A DNA stretch of 64,000 nt. Origin: Acidobacteriota bacterium. GTDB lineage: Bacteria > Acidobacteriota > CAIWXX01. The translations under genes were made by a program, and so were the position numbers. Each line of letters opens with the position of its first letter. The stretch's first letter is position 1. The notes under the pieces were generated by a model. The model made no database searches. It was not told the DNA's origin and was given only the letters and a program-made list of their open reading frames with translations. This document shows, in pieces, positions 1 through 9,247 of the stretch. The stretch spans positions 1 through 64,000 of the forward strand of contig JBFMAF010000010.1 in assembly GCA_040755995.1 (NCBI GenBank). The letters run 5' to 3'.

Positions 1-575
1 ACTTGCACTATCTCAACCTCCGCAACGAACTCCGTGAAACCTTCGCCACCATGGCCCTGACGTGATCTCCAACTACCACCCAGTATCGACAACATGTTGT
101 CCAAAACTAGGCGCTAACGCGCCTAGCTATCTCTCCTGTCTATGAGATAATGCCACAGAACAAATACAACGCAAGTTCAACGCTTGCCGCCGAGCGGCGC
201 AAGGGCGCGGAGCATCTCTTGCAGCGTCCCTCCCAGGGCCTCCTCGGTCAGCGCTCGCTCAAGACCGCCGGCCGGCGATCGCCGGACCTGGTCGACGTTC
301 CAGTCCATGTGTTCGAGGACGACCGCCGCGCTCTGCCGGTCCGTGCCGTGAAGAAATGACCAGAAAGCACCTAACCCACCTCGAAGTCTTCGGCGCGAAC
401 ATCATCAGCACCATCCAGTCATTCACGCTACGCGGCCCGGATTCACGGCCTTGACAATAACCGTAGCCTACATCCATATCTCTGCTGCGACGCGCGGCAT
501 GGCTCGCCGGAGCGTCCGAAGAAATGGATGAAATATTCAACGGTCACAAAGACGGTGACCGGCAGGCATCGACAA

Positions 576-647
576 AACGACGCGCCAGGATGCCCCAGAA
601 TCAACGATCGCACTTGAGCCAATGGTCTAGCATCCCCCCCTTTCCGA
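576..647 (+). repeat. 72-bp direct repeat, copy 1 (upstream of pemIK)
   Basis: AACGACGCGCCAGGATGCCCC...TCAACGATCG...GGTCTAGCATCCCCC; aligns ungapped to 1396-1467 at 60/72 by hand count, first 21 bp identical. Confidence 0.9.
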
Positions 648-704
648 GTTCGCGCCGTGCAGCCGCCGATAACCAGATCCCCCTTTGATGATTTCCACGG
701 TTGT

Positions 705-722
705 GTTATATTAAAATATAAC
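705..722. promoter_or_regulatory. palindromic operator of pemIK (autorepression site)
   Basis: perfect inverted repeat GTTATATT-AA-AATATAAC just upstream of the GGAGG RBS of the antitoxin. Confidence 0.75.
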
Positions 723-736
723 TCGTGGAGGTGACC

Positions 737-994
737 ATGCACATCACAACTCTGCGCAAGGTAGGAGGTTCGATCATGCTGGCCGTGCCGCCGGCGCTGC
801 TCGACATCCTGCACCTGCAGCCGAGCGCCAAGGTCGGGATTGCCGTTGAAAGAGGCCGGCTTGTGGTCGAACCGCAGCAGAAGCCACGCTGCACCCTTGA
901 CGAGCTGCTTGCGCAATGCGATCCGAAGGCGCGCCGCAGCAAGGAAGACCGCGAATGGCTCGATAACGGGCCGGCGGGCGACGAGCTCATCTGA
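737..994 (+). CDS. pemI: PemI/MazE-family (AbrB fold) antitoxin
   Basis: MHITTLRKVGGSIMLAVPPALL...GRLVVEP...LDELLAQCDP...EWLD closely resembles plasmid R100 PemI; GGAGG RBS; stop overlaps toxin start. Confidence 0.93.
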   Translation: MHITTLRKVGGSIMLAVPPALLDILHLQPSAKVGIAVERGRLVVEPQQKPRCTLDELLAQCDPKARRSKEDREWLDNGPAGDELI

Positions 995-1326
995 TGAAGC
1001 GCGGAGAGATCTGGCTGGTCAGCCTCGACCCAACATCGGGACACGAGCAAAAAGGCCGCCGCCCTGTGTTTGTCGTTTCGCCGGAAGCCTTCAACCGTCT
1101 GACCAAGGTCCCCGTAGTCCTGCCGATCACGACCGCCGGGAGCTTCGCTCGAACGGCTGGCTTCGCCGTGCCGCTAACCGGAGCTGGAACTCAGACCACT
1201 GGCGTCGTTCGTTGCGACCAGCCGCGCGCGCTTGACCTTGGGGCGCGTGGCGGCAAAAGGCTCGAAAGCGCGCCCGATGCGATCGTGGATGAAGTGCTCG
1301 CGAAGGTCGCACCAATTTTCGAGTGA
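994..1326 (+). CDS. pemK: PemK/MazF-family endoribonuclease toxin
   Basis: MKRGEIWLVSLDPTSGHEQKGRRP...FARTAGFAV...TTGVVRCDQPR matches the PemK signature. Confidence 0.95.
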   Translation: MKRGEIWLVSLDPTSGHEQKGRRPVFVVSPEAFNRLTKVPVVLPITTAGSFARTAGFAVPLTGAGTQTTGVVRCDQPRALDLGARGGKRLESAPDAIVDEVLAKVAPIFE

Positions 1327-1395
1327 TCGCGCGCCTGGCCAAACCGAAGTAGCTGCAGACCGGGCTTTGGCGGTGCTGACCGTCCGACGATGCGC

Positions 1396-1467
1396 AACGA
1401 CGCGCCAGGATGCCCCGGGTTCAACGATCGCGACTAACTCAAAGGTCTAGCATCCCCCGCTTTTCGA
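1396..1467 (+). repeat. 72-bp direct repeat, copy 2 (downstream of pemIK)
   Basis: 820 bp from copy 1, ungapped; both copies contain the internal inverted pair GGATGC/GCATCC. Confidence 0.9.
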
Positions 1468-1550
1468 CCAGGCGCAGGACCCGGTCTGGCGCGTGAGGGC
1501 TGTACCAGAACGCAAGAACCCGCGTCCATAGGGACGGGGTGCGGGGGCTG

Positions 1551-1584
1551 ACTACGCATGATAACGTCCTTTATCATGCGTAGT
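1551..1584. promoter_or_regulatory. putative tyrosine-recombinase core site (14-6-14)
   Basis: ACTACGCATGATAA-CGTCCT-TTATCATGCGTAGT: perfect 14-bp arms and an asymmetric 6-bp spacer abutting the recombinase start. Confidence 0.8.
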
Positions 1585-1585
1585 G

Positions 1586-2566
1586 ATGAGCACCGATTTG
1601 CCTATCCCCAGGGCACTCGCAAGGGCCGGATTCGGCCGCCTGCCCGCGCCGATCGCCAGTGTCGGCGAAAGGGCACATCTACGCTTCATCGAGTTCTTCA
1701 CCGCGAACATCAGGAATCCGAACACGCGCCGCGCATATGCGCAGGCCGTTTCAGACTTCTTCGCCTGGTGCGGAGAGCGCGGCATCTGGAATCTGACCGG
1801 GATCCAGCCGTCGATTGTTGCAGCCTGGCTCGAGGATCTGCAGACGACCCACTCCAAGCCGACCGTGAAGCAACGCCTGGCCGCCGTTCGTATGCTCTTC
1901 GACTGGCTCGTCGTCGGGAACGTTGTGAGCGTGAACCCGGCGAGCTCCGTGCGCGGGCCGAAGCATGTGGTCAAGCGCGGCAGGACGCCGGTTCTCACGG
2001 TCGAGGAGACCCGCGCCCTTCTCGACAGTATCGACACCGGGTCCGTCGTCGGACTTCGCGACAAGGCGCTCATCAGTGTCCTGGTCTACAGCTTCGCCCG
2101 AATCGGCGCCGCTCTCGCAATGAAGGTCGAGGACTACTACCCGCAGGGCAAGCGGTGGTGGTTCCGCCTGCACGAAAAGGGCGGGAAGCGCCACGACGTC
2201 CCCGCCCATCACAAAGCCGAGGCCGCTGTCGACGCGTATATTGAAGCAGCCGGAATCCGGGACGACAAGAAAGGGCCTGTGTTTCGAACCGCCGCCAAGG
2301 GGCCAGGACGCCCCCTTACCCACGCCCCGATGCGTCAGAGCGATGCATGGCGGATGATCCGCCGGCGTACCCGCGCAGCCGGCATCGACACGGAGTGCTG
2401 CTGCCATACCTTTCGCGCAACTGGGATAACGGCCTATCTGCAAGGCGGAGGTACCCTTGAGCACGCCCAGCAGATAGCGGCCCACGAATCGCCCCGCACG
2501 ACAAAGCTCTACGATCGCACCAGGGATCAAATCACGCTCGATGAAATCGAACGAATCGCCATTTGA
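1586..2566 (+). CDS. tyrosine recombinase/resolvase (phage integrase family)
   Basis: SAM-like N-terminus (NPNTRRAY) and catalytic R (LRD), K (EKGGK), HxxR (HTFR), H (AHES), Y (KLYD). Confidence 0.93.
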   Translation: MSTDLPIPRALARAGFGRLPAPIASVGERAHLRFIEFFTANIRNPNTRRAYAQAVSDFFAWCGERGIWNLTGIQPSIVAAWLEDLQTTHSKPTVKQRLAAVRMLFDWLVVGNVVSVNPASSVRGPKHVVKRGRTPVLTVEETRALLDSIDTGSVVGLRDKALISVLVYSFARIGAALAMKVEDYYPQGKRWWFRLHEKGGKRHDVPAHHKAEAAVDAYIEAAGIRDDKKGPVFRTAAKGPGRPLTHAPMRQSDAWRMIRRRTRAAGIDTECCCHTFRATGITAYLQGGGTLEHAQQIAAHESPRTTKLYDRTRDQITLDEIERIAI

Positions 2567-2614
2567 TGCAGCCGTTAGGAAAACCTGTGGACATCGTGCT
2601 GATCTCGGGCGATC

Positions 2615-3049
2615 ATGGTACCTGTCATGACTGAAGAGGACCGGACCCGCAGTCAGAATCGAAGTGGGCCAACGCCGTGTTGCCATCCTCGATCACAGGC
2701 GGCGAATTCAGAGGATGGGACTCCCCAGTCCGTCGGCTGTCTGACTGAGGAACGTAACCCCCTGCCAACGCCCGAAATTCTCAAAGAGAGGATTCAGCGA
2801 GCAGCAGACGTGCTGATGAGGTATGCCGCGAAGGAGGTCTACGTGTTCGGCTCCGCGGCGACCGGGAGAATGCGCGCAAATTCCGATGTTGACATCACGG
2901 TCGTCGGAGTCCCGCCGAGCGTGTGGTACAAGGCATGGTATGAGGCGGCGGGAGAACTCGACCGCGAACTGGACCTGGTAGACCTTGACCAAGACGATCC
3001 GGTGACCGTCAGCATTCGCAAGCACGGAGGGTTGAGACGTGTCAGATGA
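2615..3049 (+). CDS. minimal nucleotidyltransferase (MNT/Pol-beta) domain protein; true start probably downstream
   Basis: VYVFGSAATG...SDVD...LDLVDL motif. Confidence 0.8.
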   Translation: MVPVMTEEDRTRSQNRSGPTPCCHPRSQAANSEDGTPQSVGCLTEERNPLPTPEILKERIQRAADVLMRYAAKEVYVFGSAATGRMRANSDVDITVVGVPPSVWYKAWYEAAGELDRELDLVDLDQDDPVTVSIRKHGGLRRVR

Positions 3050-3290
3050 CCCGCGCAGCCAGCTCCGCACCGCGATTATGGAGTACGCACGGACTACGGG
3101 CCGTTCCGATTGCCGTACTGTGATCGGGGACCTGAGCGGAATGATCGGGGAAATCGCCGCCGCAGCCGGGTTCGATCCCCAGGCGACGGCCGAGAGCGCT
3201 AGCCGTCGCATCATCGACGCGGCGCGGATCATGACCGAGGAGATGCGCCAGGGCCTCGAACGCGCCCCTACGCTCGCAGGCCGACACTGA
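3039..3290 (+). CDS. small hypothetical protein coupled to the MNT gene
   Basis: start overlaps MNT 3' end; plausible helical composition; no HEPN Rx4-6H motif recognised. Confidence 0.45.
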   Translation: MSDDPRSQLRTAIMEYARTTGRSDCRTVIGDLSGMIGEIAAAAGFDPQATAESASRRIIDAARIMTEEMRQGLERAPTLAGRH

Positions 3291-3347
3291 TGGTGCAGAA
3301 TTCTCACCGTGACGACGGGCCCATTCGGCAGGACGACGTTCGGCCCT

Positions 3348-3421
3348 GCTCCTCTAGCTCAACGGGAGAGCGCACCCCTTATAAGGGTGTGAACTGGGTT
3401 CGACTCCCGGCAGGAGCACCA
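3348..3421 (+). tRNA. tRNA-Ile with UAU anticodon
   Basis: cloverleaf: acceptor GCTCCTC/CAGGAGC (6 bp plus C7:C66 mismatch), D stem GCTC/GAGC, anticodon stem CACCC/GGGTG with loop CT-TAT-AA, T arm CTGGG-TTCGACT-CCCGG, A73 and encoded CCA. Confidence 0.88.
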
Positions 3422-3571
3422 CACCCAAGGTCCGACGAAGTGGCGATCGCCGCGAAGAGGAGATGTCCGATCTGCGGGACCACTGAGCACCATCACATCA
3501 CGACCGATCATGAGCCAGGAAACATCGTCGCCGTCGCGGACATCCTCGGTCGCGGCGACCACGAGGACCGA

Positions 3572-6500
3572 TCAGCGATCATATCTACAACGAACGACAC
3601 GGAAACCCAGATCTGCATTGAGGCCATGATCACTGGGGTAGCCAGCATTCCTGCCGGTGTTTCTTGCCATTTCCTGATCATGTGCCCAAGATCCGCCTCG
3701 AGCAATGCGTCGATCTGAGCCAGTTGTCCTTTCCCGGCCGTCGTTTGCGTCGTAGGGATACCTCTTCAAACAGCTGCTTGTCCACTCGTAGACATTACCA
3801 GTCATATCGAAACAACCTTGCGGAGTTGCCCCGTCTGGAAAAACTCCGACCGGGGTAGGAGCACCGATGTGTGTCTCGAGTGTGTTGCATTTCAGGGAGC
3901 TGAAAGTGCCGCCGTACGCGAATTCTCGTGTTTCCGCCCCGGATGCGGCAACTTCCCACTCCGCCTCTGTCGGCAATCTGAACCGGTGACCTGTCGCCTC
4001 AGAAAGCCAATTGCAGTAAGCCCGTGCCTCGTACCAGCAGATCCCAACGACGGGCTGTCGTGGATTGTTATAAGAGGCATCCTCCCAATATGCCGGTTGT
4101 GCTCGCCTATGATCCGGGAATTGAGCCAGCAGCATTCTGTCCAGCTCGGGTTCACTAGTTTCCCTGAATTCCTTCCAATACCCTAAAGCAGGGCCCGCAA
4201 TCCTCTGTTGTGATGCCAGTTCTTCTACTTGCTCCCATATGTACTGCTGATTCATCAATCGCCATATGTCTTTGACTTGGCATCTAGCACCATCTGAAGT
4301 ATTGTTGCCGCAAACCCAATCTCTGGCTTCTGGGGTGTCCCACCACTGTAGCGCCTCGTAGCCGCGGGACCTGACAAAAAGATCAAATTCCGCATTCGTG
4401 ACAGGTGAAGCCCCGATTTCAAATTCAGCCATGTCCATCTCGCGACTGGGGGAGTCATCCGAGGTTTCAACGAAGAAGGTACCCGCTGCCATGTACACGA
4501 GCGGCCTCAGGTCTACTCTTTCGGAATCGCGTCTATTCCTCGCACCTACTCGCAATACCTTTGCCAGATAACCTGGTAGAGCTTGCTTCAAGTAGTCGTT
4601 TCGCGATGAAGAATTACGCCCAATCCTATACGTACCACCCGGCACGCGAACCAATTGTGGATGGAGATAGTCACCCCATCGACTGGTCCTGAGGTCAGAT
4701 GTTGGATCATGGCCCAGGAAGCCCAGTGCCTCACCGGCGGCGATGCGGGCGCGCAGGTCGGCCTGCTTGTCGCCTGAACGATCCAGCAGCAGTCTCCGTA
4801 TCTGTCGCTCCAGTCCTTCATCTAAAGTCACTTCTGGACTGGCAGCCAGTCGCGCCGCCAACGGCAAGTTGGCGTCCATAACACCGCGCACAAAGGTGTC
4901 AGCATCATGGACCAGCGCCGCGGCCAGCACGACGGTCTCCTCCCAGCCGGTGGTCGGCAGCCGTGGCAGTGGATCGCCCTCGGCCAAAGCCTCGATCGTC
5001 TTCAGCAAGGTAGGCTTAATCACCTCAGCACGCCACTCCACGCGTACCAGCTCCGAGTTGGGGGTTTTTGCCAGTCGACGCGCGGCGAAGAACTCCTGTA
5101 GCAGGTGGTGGAAGTACTTCACTTCCTCGGCCTTGAGGCCCTCGTCCAGCACGTTGAGCGCGATGCCCGCGTTGACAATGTCCATGGCACGATTGTGGCT
5201 GATCATGGCGCAGGCTTCGTCATACCCGACGGACACTTGATTGGAGTCAGTACTGGATGTGCTCAACTGCATCTCGAATGCGAGATCGGAGAGGCTGCGG
5301 ATCAGGTGGCCGCCCTCGGGGAGGTCAACAGGGCTGGTCCACTCGTTGCGAGCGAGCTTGCCGTGGTCGCGTTCAGAGAGTAGCGCATCGGGCTGGAGTA
5401 GTCGGTGCCCGCGCTCGACCTCGCGACGCAGGGTCTCGCGCACAAAACCTGTGAACAGCGACGCCCGACCCTTCGGGAGGAGATTGGCAGTTTCCACTTG
5501 CGCAAGCAGCAACTTCAGGAAGTAGGGACAGCGGAACAGGTCGAGCTGAGCAGAGTCTTTCAGTTGGCCCCATAATGCAGTGGCCTGCGCTGGTAGGTAG
5601 GCATGAAGGAAACGCTGCACCTGCTCGTCGCTCATTTTCCGTACGACGACGCTCGGCACGGGCAGATCCGGGCTGCTGAGTGGTGCACAGTAGTCCAGCG
5701 TGCGGCAGGAGAACACCGCGCGGTTCCCGCGTCCACTGCCCAACTGATCGATTACGAACTGCCGCCACAGGCTCACCTTGTCGCCATAGTCGGTGACGCT
5801 CTTGTGCGGGATTTCGTTCAGCCCATCCAGCAGTAGCAGCACTCGTCCTCTACTCAGCATCTCCGCCAGGGGCGGAAGTTCGGGACAATCACTTCGCCAT
5901 CGTGCGGCAAGCCAGTCCAGGGGGGAAGGTAGCGGCTTGTCGGGTTCGCGCCGGTAGCCGTTCAGCGACACAAGGATGCTAGCGTTCTCACTGTCCTGCC
6001 CACGCAGCCGCTTCATGCTGTCATCCAGCTGGAAGCGACGCAGCAGCGTGCTCTTGCCGCTTCCCGGCGCACCCAAGAGAACCAGAACTGGAGCATCGTC
6101 CATCTCCTCCATAGCTTGGCTTAGGTCGTCAAAGTGCGGTGAGTCCCCCCCTGATACCCAGCGCGTCCCCACCGTCCGTTGACCTCCAACGGGCAGCAGA
6201 GTCAAAGCCACGAATCGCCTGTCGACCTGGAACCTCGGGTGCGACCACTCGACCACTCTCGCCAAGTGATATTCGACAAGGTCGGCGGGGCTTCTCGTGG
6301 CGATCTGCCGGGCCTGGTCTTTGTTCAGGGGCACCACCTCTCCGTCACTGCGCACAGCATCCAGCAGTCTCTGCATGGCATCGGTCAAGGGACGCGCGCG
6401 CTCACTGATGACCGCCGGTCCTCTGCCCCTGAGCCGAGCATAAGCAGCTGGGTTCAGGACTCTCACCAGATCTAGCACCTCCTCGAGCGTCAGCCCGTAC

Positions 6501-7141
6501 TCGTTGCTGATATCTCTGATCGTCTTGTCCGGCGCGATCAACTCTCCTTCGAAGTTGGTCATGTTGCGCAACCGAACGCCCACCGAGCTAAGCCTCCCTT
6601 CCAGAGCTCCCGGTCCCTCCTGAATGGCCGCCAGGATTTCGTCACGTGTCTTGCGAAGTTCGACAACCGATTCCTGAATCCCTCGGACGACCAAGAGACT
6701 CGTCAAGGGGCTGTATGGTCTGCATGCCTCCTCACGGATGGCGTCTTCCATGGCGCGCGCGAGGGCCATGAGCAGGTCATCGAAGTCGACTGCCAGCGTG
6801 CTGGCTTCAAATCCCATAGTCTCGAACACCACTCGCAGCTTACCCAACGGGGGCCTCTGTGCGAGGACGGCCAGATCGACCAGTTGGCGGGCCACATCGG
6901 GCTGTTCTACGAATTCCTTCATGATGTCTAACAGGAGAACCTGGCCTTCTTTGTCGAGCCTGCTGGCAATCTCTCGAATCGCGCCCTCAAGGGCCCGTCT
7001 CAGAACCGCGCCGAGAGCCCGTTCCTGATCGCTGCCCAACGCCACCTGTTTCAGATACCCGGCAGCCTTCTCCACCAGCTTCGCGCCCAGCTCAGCGGCC
7101 ACGCCTTGCAGAAGACCATCGTTGGTAAAATCAAGTTGCAT
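3572..7141 (-). CDS. NACHT (STAND) NTPase with C-terminal FGE-sulfatase/SUMF1 domain
   Basis: Walker A GAPGSGKST, Walker B LLLLDGLNE, FHHLLQEFFAA; FGE motifs RLPTEAEWE, DMTGNVYEW, RGGSW, GFRVV; start chosen at ATG after GGGGGA. Confidence 0.9.
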   Translation of the reverse strand: MQLDFTNDGLLQGVAAELGAKLVEKAAGYLKQVALGSDQERALGAVLRRALEGAIREIASRLDKEGQVLLLDIMKEFVEQPDVARQLVDLAVLAQRPPLGKLRVVFETMGFEASTLAVDFDDLLMALARAMEDAIREEACRPYSPLTSLLVVRGIQESVVELRKTRDEILAAIQEGPGALEGRLSSVGVRLRNMTNFEGELIAPDKTIRDISNEYGLTLEEVLDLVRVLNPAAYARLRGRGPAVISERARPLTDAMQRLLDAVRSDGEVVPLNKDQARQIATRSPADLVEYHLARVVEWSHPRFQVDRRFVALTLLPVGGQRTVGTRWVSGGDSPHFDDLSQAMEEMDDAPVLVLLGAPGSGKSTLLRRFQLDDSMKRLRGQDSENASILVSLNGYRREPDKPLPSPLDWLAARWRSDCPELPPLAEMLSRGRVLLLLDGLNEIPHKSVTDYGDKVSLWRQFVIDQLGSGRGNRAVFSCRTLDYCAPLSSPDLPVPSVVVRKMSDEQVQRFLHAYLPAQATALWGQLKDSAQLDLFRCPYFLKLLLAQVETANLLPKGRASLFTGFVRETLRREVERGHRLLQPDALLSERDHGKLARNEWTSPVDLPEGGHLIRSLSDLAFEMQLSTSSTDSNQVSVGYDEACAMISHNRAMDIVNAGIALNVLDEGLKAEEVKYFHHLLQEFFAARRLAKTPNSELVRVEWRAEVIKPTLLKTIEALAEGDPLPRLPTTGWEETVVLAAALVHDADTFVRGVMDANLPLAARLAASPEVTLDEGLERQIRRLLLDRSGDKQADLRARIAAGEALGFLGHDPTSDLRTSRWGDYLHPQLVRVPGGTYRIGRNSSSRNDYLKQALPGYLAKVLRVGARNRRDSERVDLRPLVYMAAGTFFVETSDDSPSREMDMAEFEIGASPVTNAEFDLFVRSRGYEALQWWDTPEARDWVCGNNTSDGARCQVKDIWRLMNQQYIWEQVEELASQQRIAGPALGYWKEFRETSEPELDRMLLAQFPDHRRAQPAYWEDASYNNPRQPVVGICWYEARAYCNWLSEATGHRFRLPTEAEWEVAASGAETREFAYGGTFSSLKCNTLETHIGAPTPVGVFPDGATPQGCFDMTGNVYEWTSSCLKRYPYDANDGRERTTGSDRRIARGGSWAHDQEMARNTGRNAGYPSDHGLNADLGFRVVRCRYDR

Positions 7142-7212
7142 ACGAATCCCCCCGATCATCAAGCATGCCAACTCCGCACCTTCCGAACTGGCCTGCTCTC
7201 AGGCACGAGTTG

Positions 7213-7241
7213 AAGATAGGAGTCCACGCGCGGCGTGTCAA
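7213..7241 (-). promoter_or_regulatory. sigma70-type promoter of the NACHT gene
   Basis: TTGACA-17 bp-TATCTT on the minus strand, about 70 bp upstream of the start. Confidence 0.6.
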
Positions 7242-7716
7242 GCAGCAGTATTCCAACCAACAGGAGTTGCGAAGGGAGAGCACTTCAGGTCCTGTCGAGA
7301 CTCCAGGGACCAGCCACTGTTCGCCAGCCGGGTCAGGGCGTGGGACCCGAGCCCCTCGCCCGTCTGCGTCCGGTCGATCATATTGTCGGTGGCACGATCT
7401 CAGCTCATGTCAATCTCCATGGCGCGGATCGTCTTGGACATCCGCTAGGTCGATGTCGGATGACAGATTCTCCTGCAGGCAACGCGTGTAGCCTCTCTTC
7501 GTCCTGCGAGACCTCCCACGCGAGGCAGCTTTGGCCCTCTCCTTCGTTGTCCTCGGCTCTGTCCATGCTCCCTGATGACCCCCGGGGATACGCAGCAAGC
7601 GCGTACGGTGCAGCGCTACTGCTAGCGCGTCGGGACTGGTACGTCCAGCCCAACTCGATGCGAGGGGTGCCACGGTGGGTTGGGACCAACCAATCCAAGA
7701 GCCGTCGGACCGGTGG

Positions 7717-9114
7717 TCACAACTCCCCCATCCGAACCAGCAAGGCCCTGCCTTCTTTGGTGAGACGGTACTCACTCTCTCTATCGATAAACGAGCACTT
7801 GGTCACGAGCTTCCTGTCTTCGAGCTCGTCCAGGACATACTCGACTTTGGCATCTGCTATTAGAAGACTGTTCACAAGATAACCTCGCGTGACATCAGGG
7901 TGGTCGGAAAGGCACTTCAGGACCCTCAGCGGATGACCCCGCATGTCTGGAATTTCGGGGGTAGTCGTGGACGCGACTTCCGGGGCAGGGAGTGCAGCGT
8001 CGAAATCACCTGCCGAGAGCCAGCGGACACCCGATTCGTTCACCGCGCAACCGGCGGCCTTAAGTCGGTTGACCAAGTCCCGCCTCTTATCGGGCGCGTT
8101 TGTCATGCCAACGATGTGTCGGCCCGAGACGTTGCTGAAGCTCTTGACCGGCCCAACCTGCACAAGCACTGTTCGAAGTGGATCTCGCCCGAACGCCATC
8201 CCCGCTTCGAACAGGACGTTCGGTCTCGCCTGGAACCTTACCTCTCTCTCCTCAACGTTCTCATCGGGCTTATGGAAGACCTGACGGAGCCGGACCTCGT
8301 CATCACCGGTAAGAAGGACAACTACCGCCTGAGCCTCGGAAAAAGCTCGGTCAAGCACTGTCCCAATGTGGGGTGACCCCTCTCGTGTGAGTGCCACCGC
8401 CTGAGCCCATTCGATAGGATGAAGCTCCACGCTCGTGAGAAACTGGAACATTGCCTCCTTGGCCGCGTCGTTCCTACCGTGTACAACCCAGACACTTCTT
8501 GGATCAGCCGATGACTCCTTCATGTTCATGTCAAGATGAGCGCGTGCTTCCGCACCCACCTGCTCCACATGTTCGCGGCCTGCGCCGCAAATGTTCAGGT
8601 ATCTGTTCGTTGAGCCCTTCTCTCTTTGGTGCAGTCTGATGTACCCCTGGCTGTTCAGCGAATCGAGGAGCTCATCAACATCGCGCTGGTTCCTTGACCA
8701 ACACCTCCCAGCCCACAAGTCGGCTCTGACAGTGACGTAGTCATGAGGAGCCTCGGCGTCGCTGCTAATAATGGATTTCAAGAGTTTGTCCCTGCGGACG
8801 CTAAACGCTGGTTGAGGCAAGGTGGCCAGCATGGTGACGTCATCCAGCGTGCTTATCCGGAGCTCTTTCTGCTCAGAAATGAAGCCGGAAGCCGAGGCTC
8901 TCCCCCAGCTGTCACGTGGGCCAAGGGACGGTACACCACTTTGGGTGCTCGATGTGGCCAGCAACGCACCCTCAACCTGCCGCGCATAGGAGTAGGTCCT
9001 GCACCGTGGGCATGTCAATCGCCTAACTGTAGGCGACTCAGGCGAAATCTCGTCTCTGGCTTGGTGCGACATGCAGACGGGACACGTTTCGCTCCACTTA
9101 TGTTGTGAGTTCAC
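7717..9114 (-). CDS. TIR-like (CAP12/Pycsar-type) domain protein with N-terminal Zn-ribbon and C-terminal winged helix
   Basis: VWVVHGRN...AVVVLLTGDD...ARPNVLFEAGMAFG...SNVSG; CPVC/CPRC at N-terminus; YRLTKEGR wing at C-terminus. Confidence 0.85.
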   Translation of the reverse strand: MNSQHKWSETCPVCMSHQARDEISPESPTVRRLTCPRCRTYSYARQVEGALLATSSTQSGVPSLGPRDSWGRASASGFISEQKELRISTLDDVTMLATLPQPAFSVRRDKLLKSIISSDAEAPHDYVTVRADLWAGRCWSRNQRDVDELLDSLNSQGYIRLHQREKGSTNRYLNICGAGREHVEQVGAEARAHLDMNMKESSADPRSVWVVHGRNDAAKEAMFQFLTSVELHPIEWAQAVALTREGSPHIGTVLDRAFSEAQAVVVLLTGDDEVRLRQVFHKPDENVEEREVRFQARPNVLFEAGMAFGRDPLRTVLVQVGPVKSFSNVSGRHIVGMTNAPDKRRDLVNRLKAAGCAVNESGVRWLSAGDFDAALPAPEVASTTTPEIPDMRGHPLRVLKCLSDHPDVTRGYLVNSLLIADAKVEYVLDELEDRKLVTKCSFIDRESEYRLTKEGRALLVRMGEL

Positions 9115-9247
9115 TTCTCCCTCCTCGGGCTACATCAATCCGGTGGGTCACATGCATATGCCTCGATCACTGTTGACACGGTGGGAGCGGGCCGATGGTC
9201 TCTGGTAGTCCGAGTGTGTGTCAACACAACCTCGCGTCTCTCCGTGA

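Noticed and set aside
1586..2566. integron integrase with attC cassettes
   Set aside because: no IntI-specific insertion recognised, and flanking repeats lack attC end motifs in both copies
3290..3718. 142-aa ORF
   Set aside because: overlaps the tRNA and the NACHT gene end; no family features
3572..3760. DGR variable region in the FGE/C-lectin C-terminus
   Set aside because: no template repeat or reverse transcriptase seen in the window
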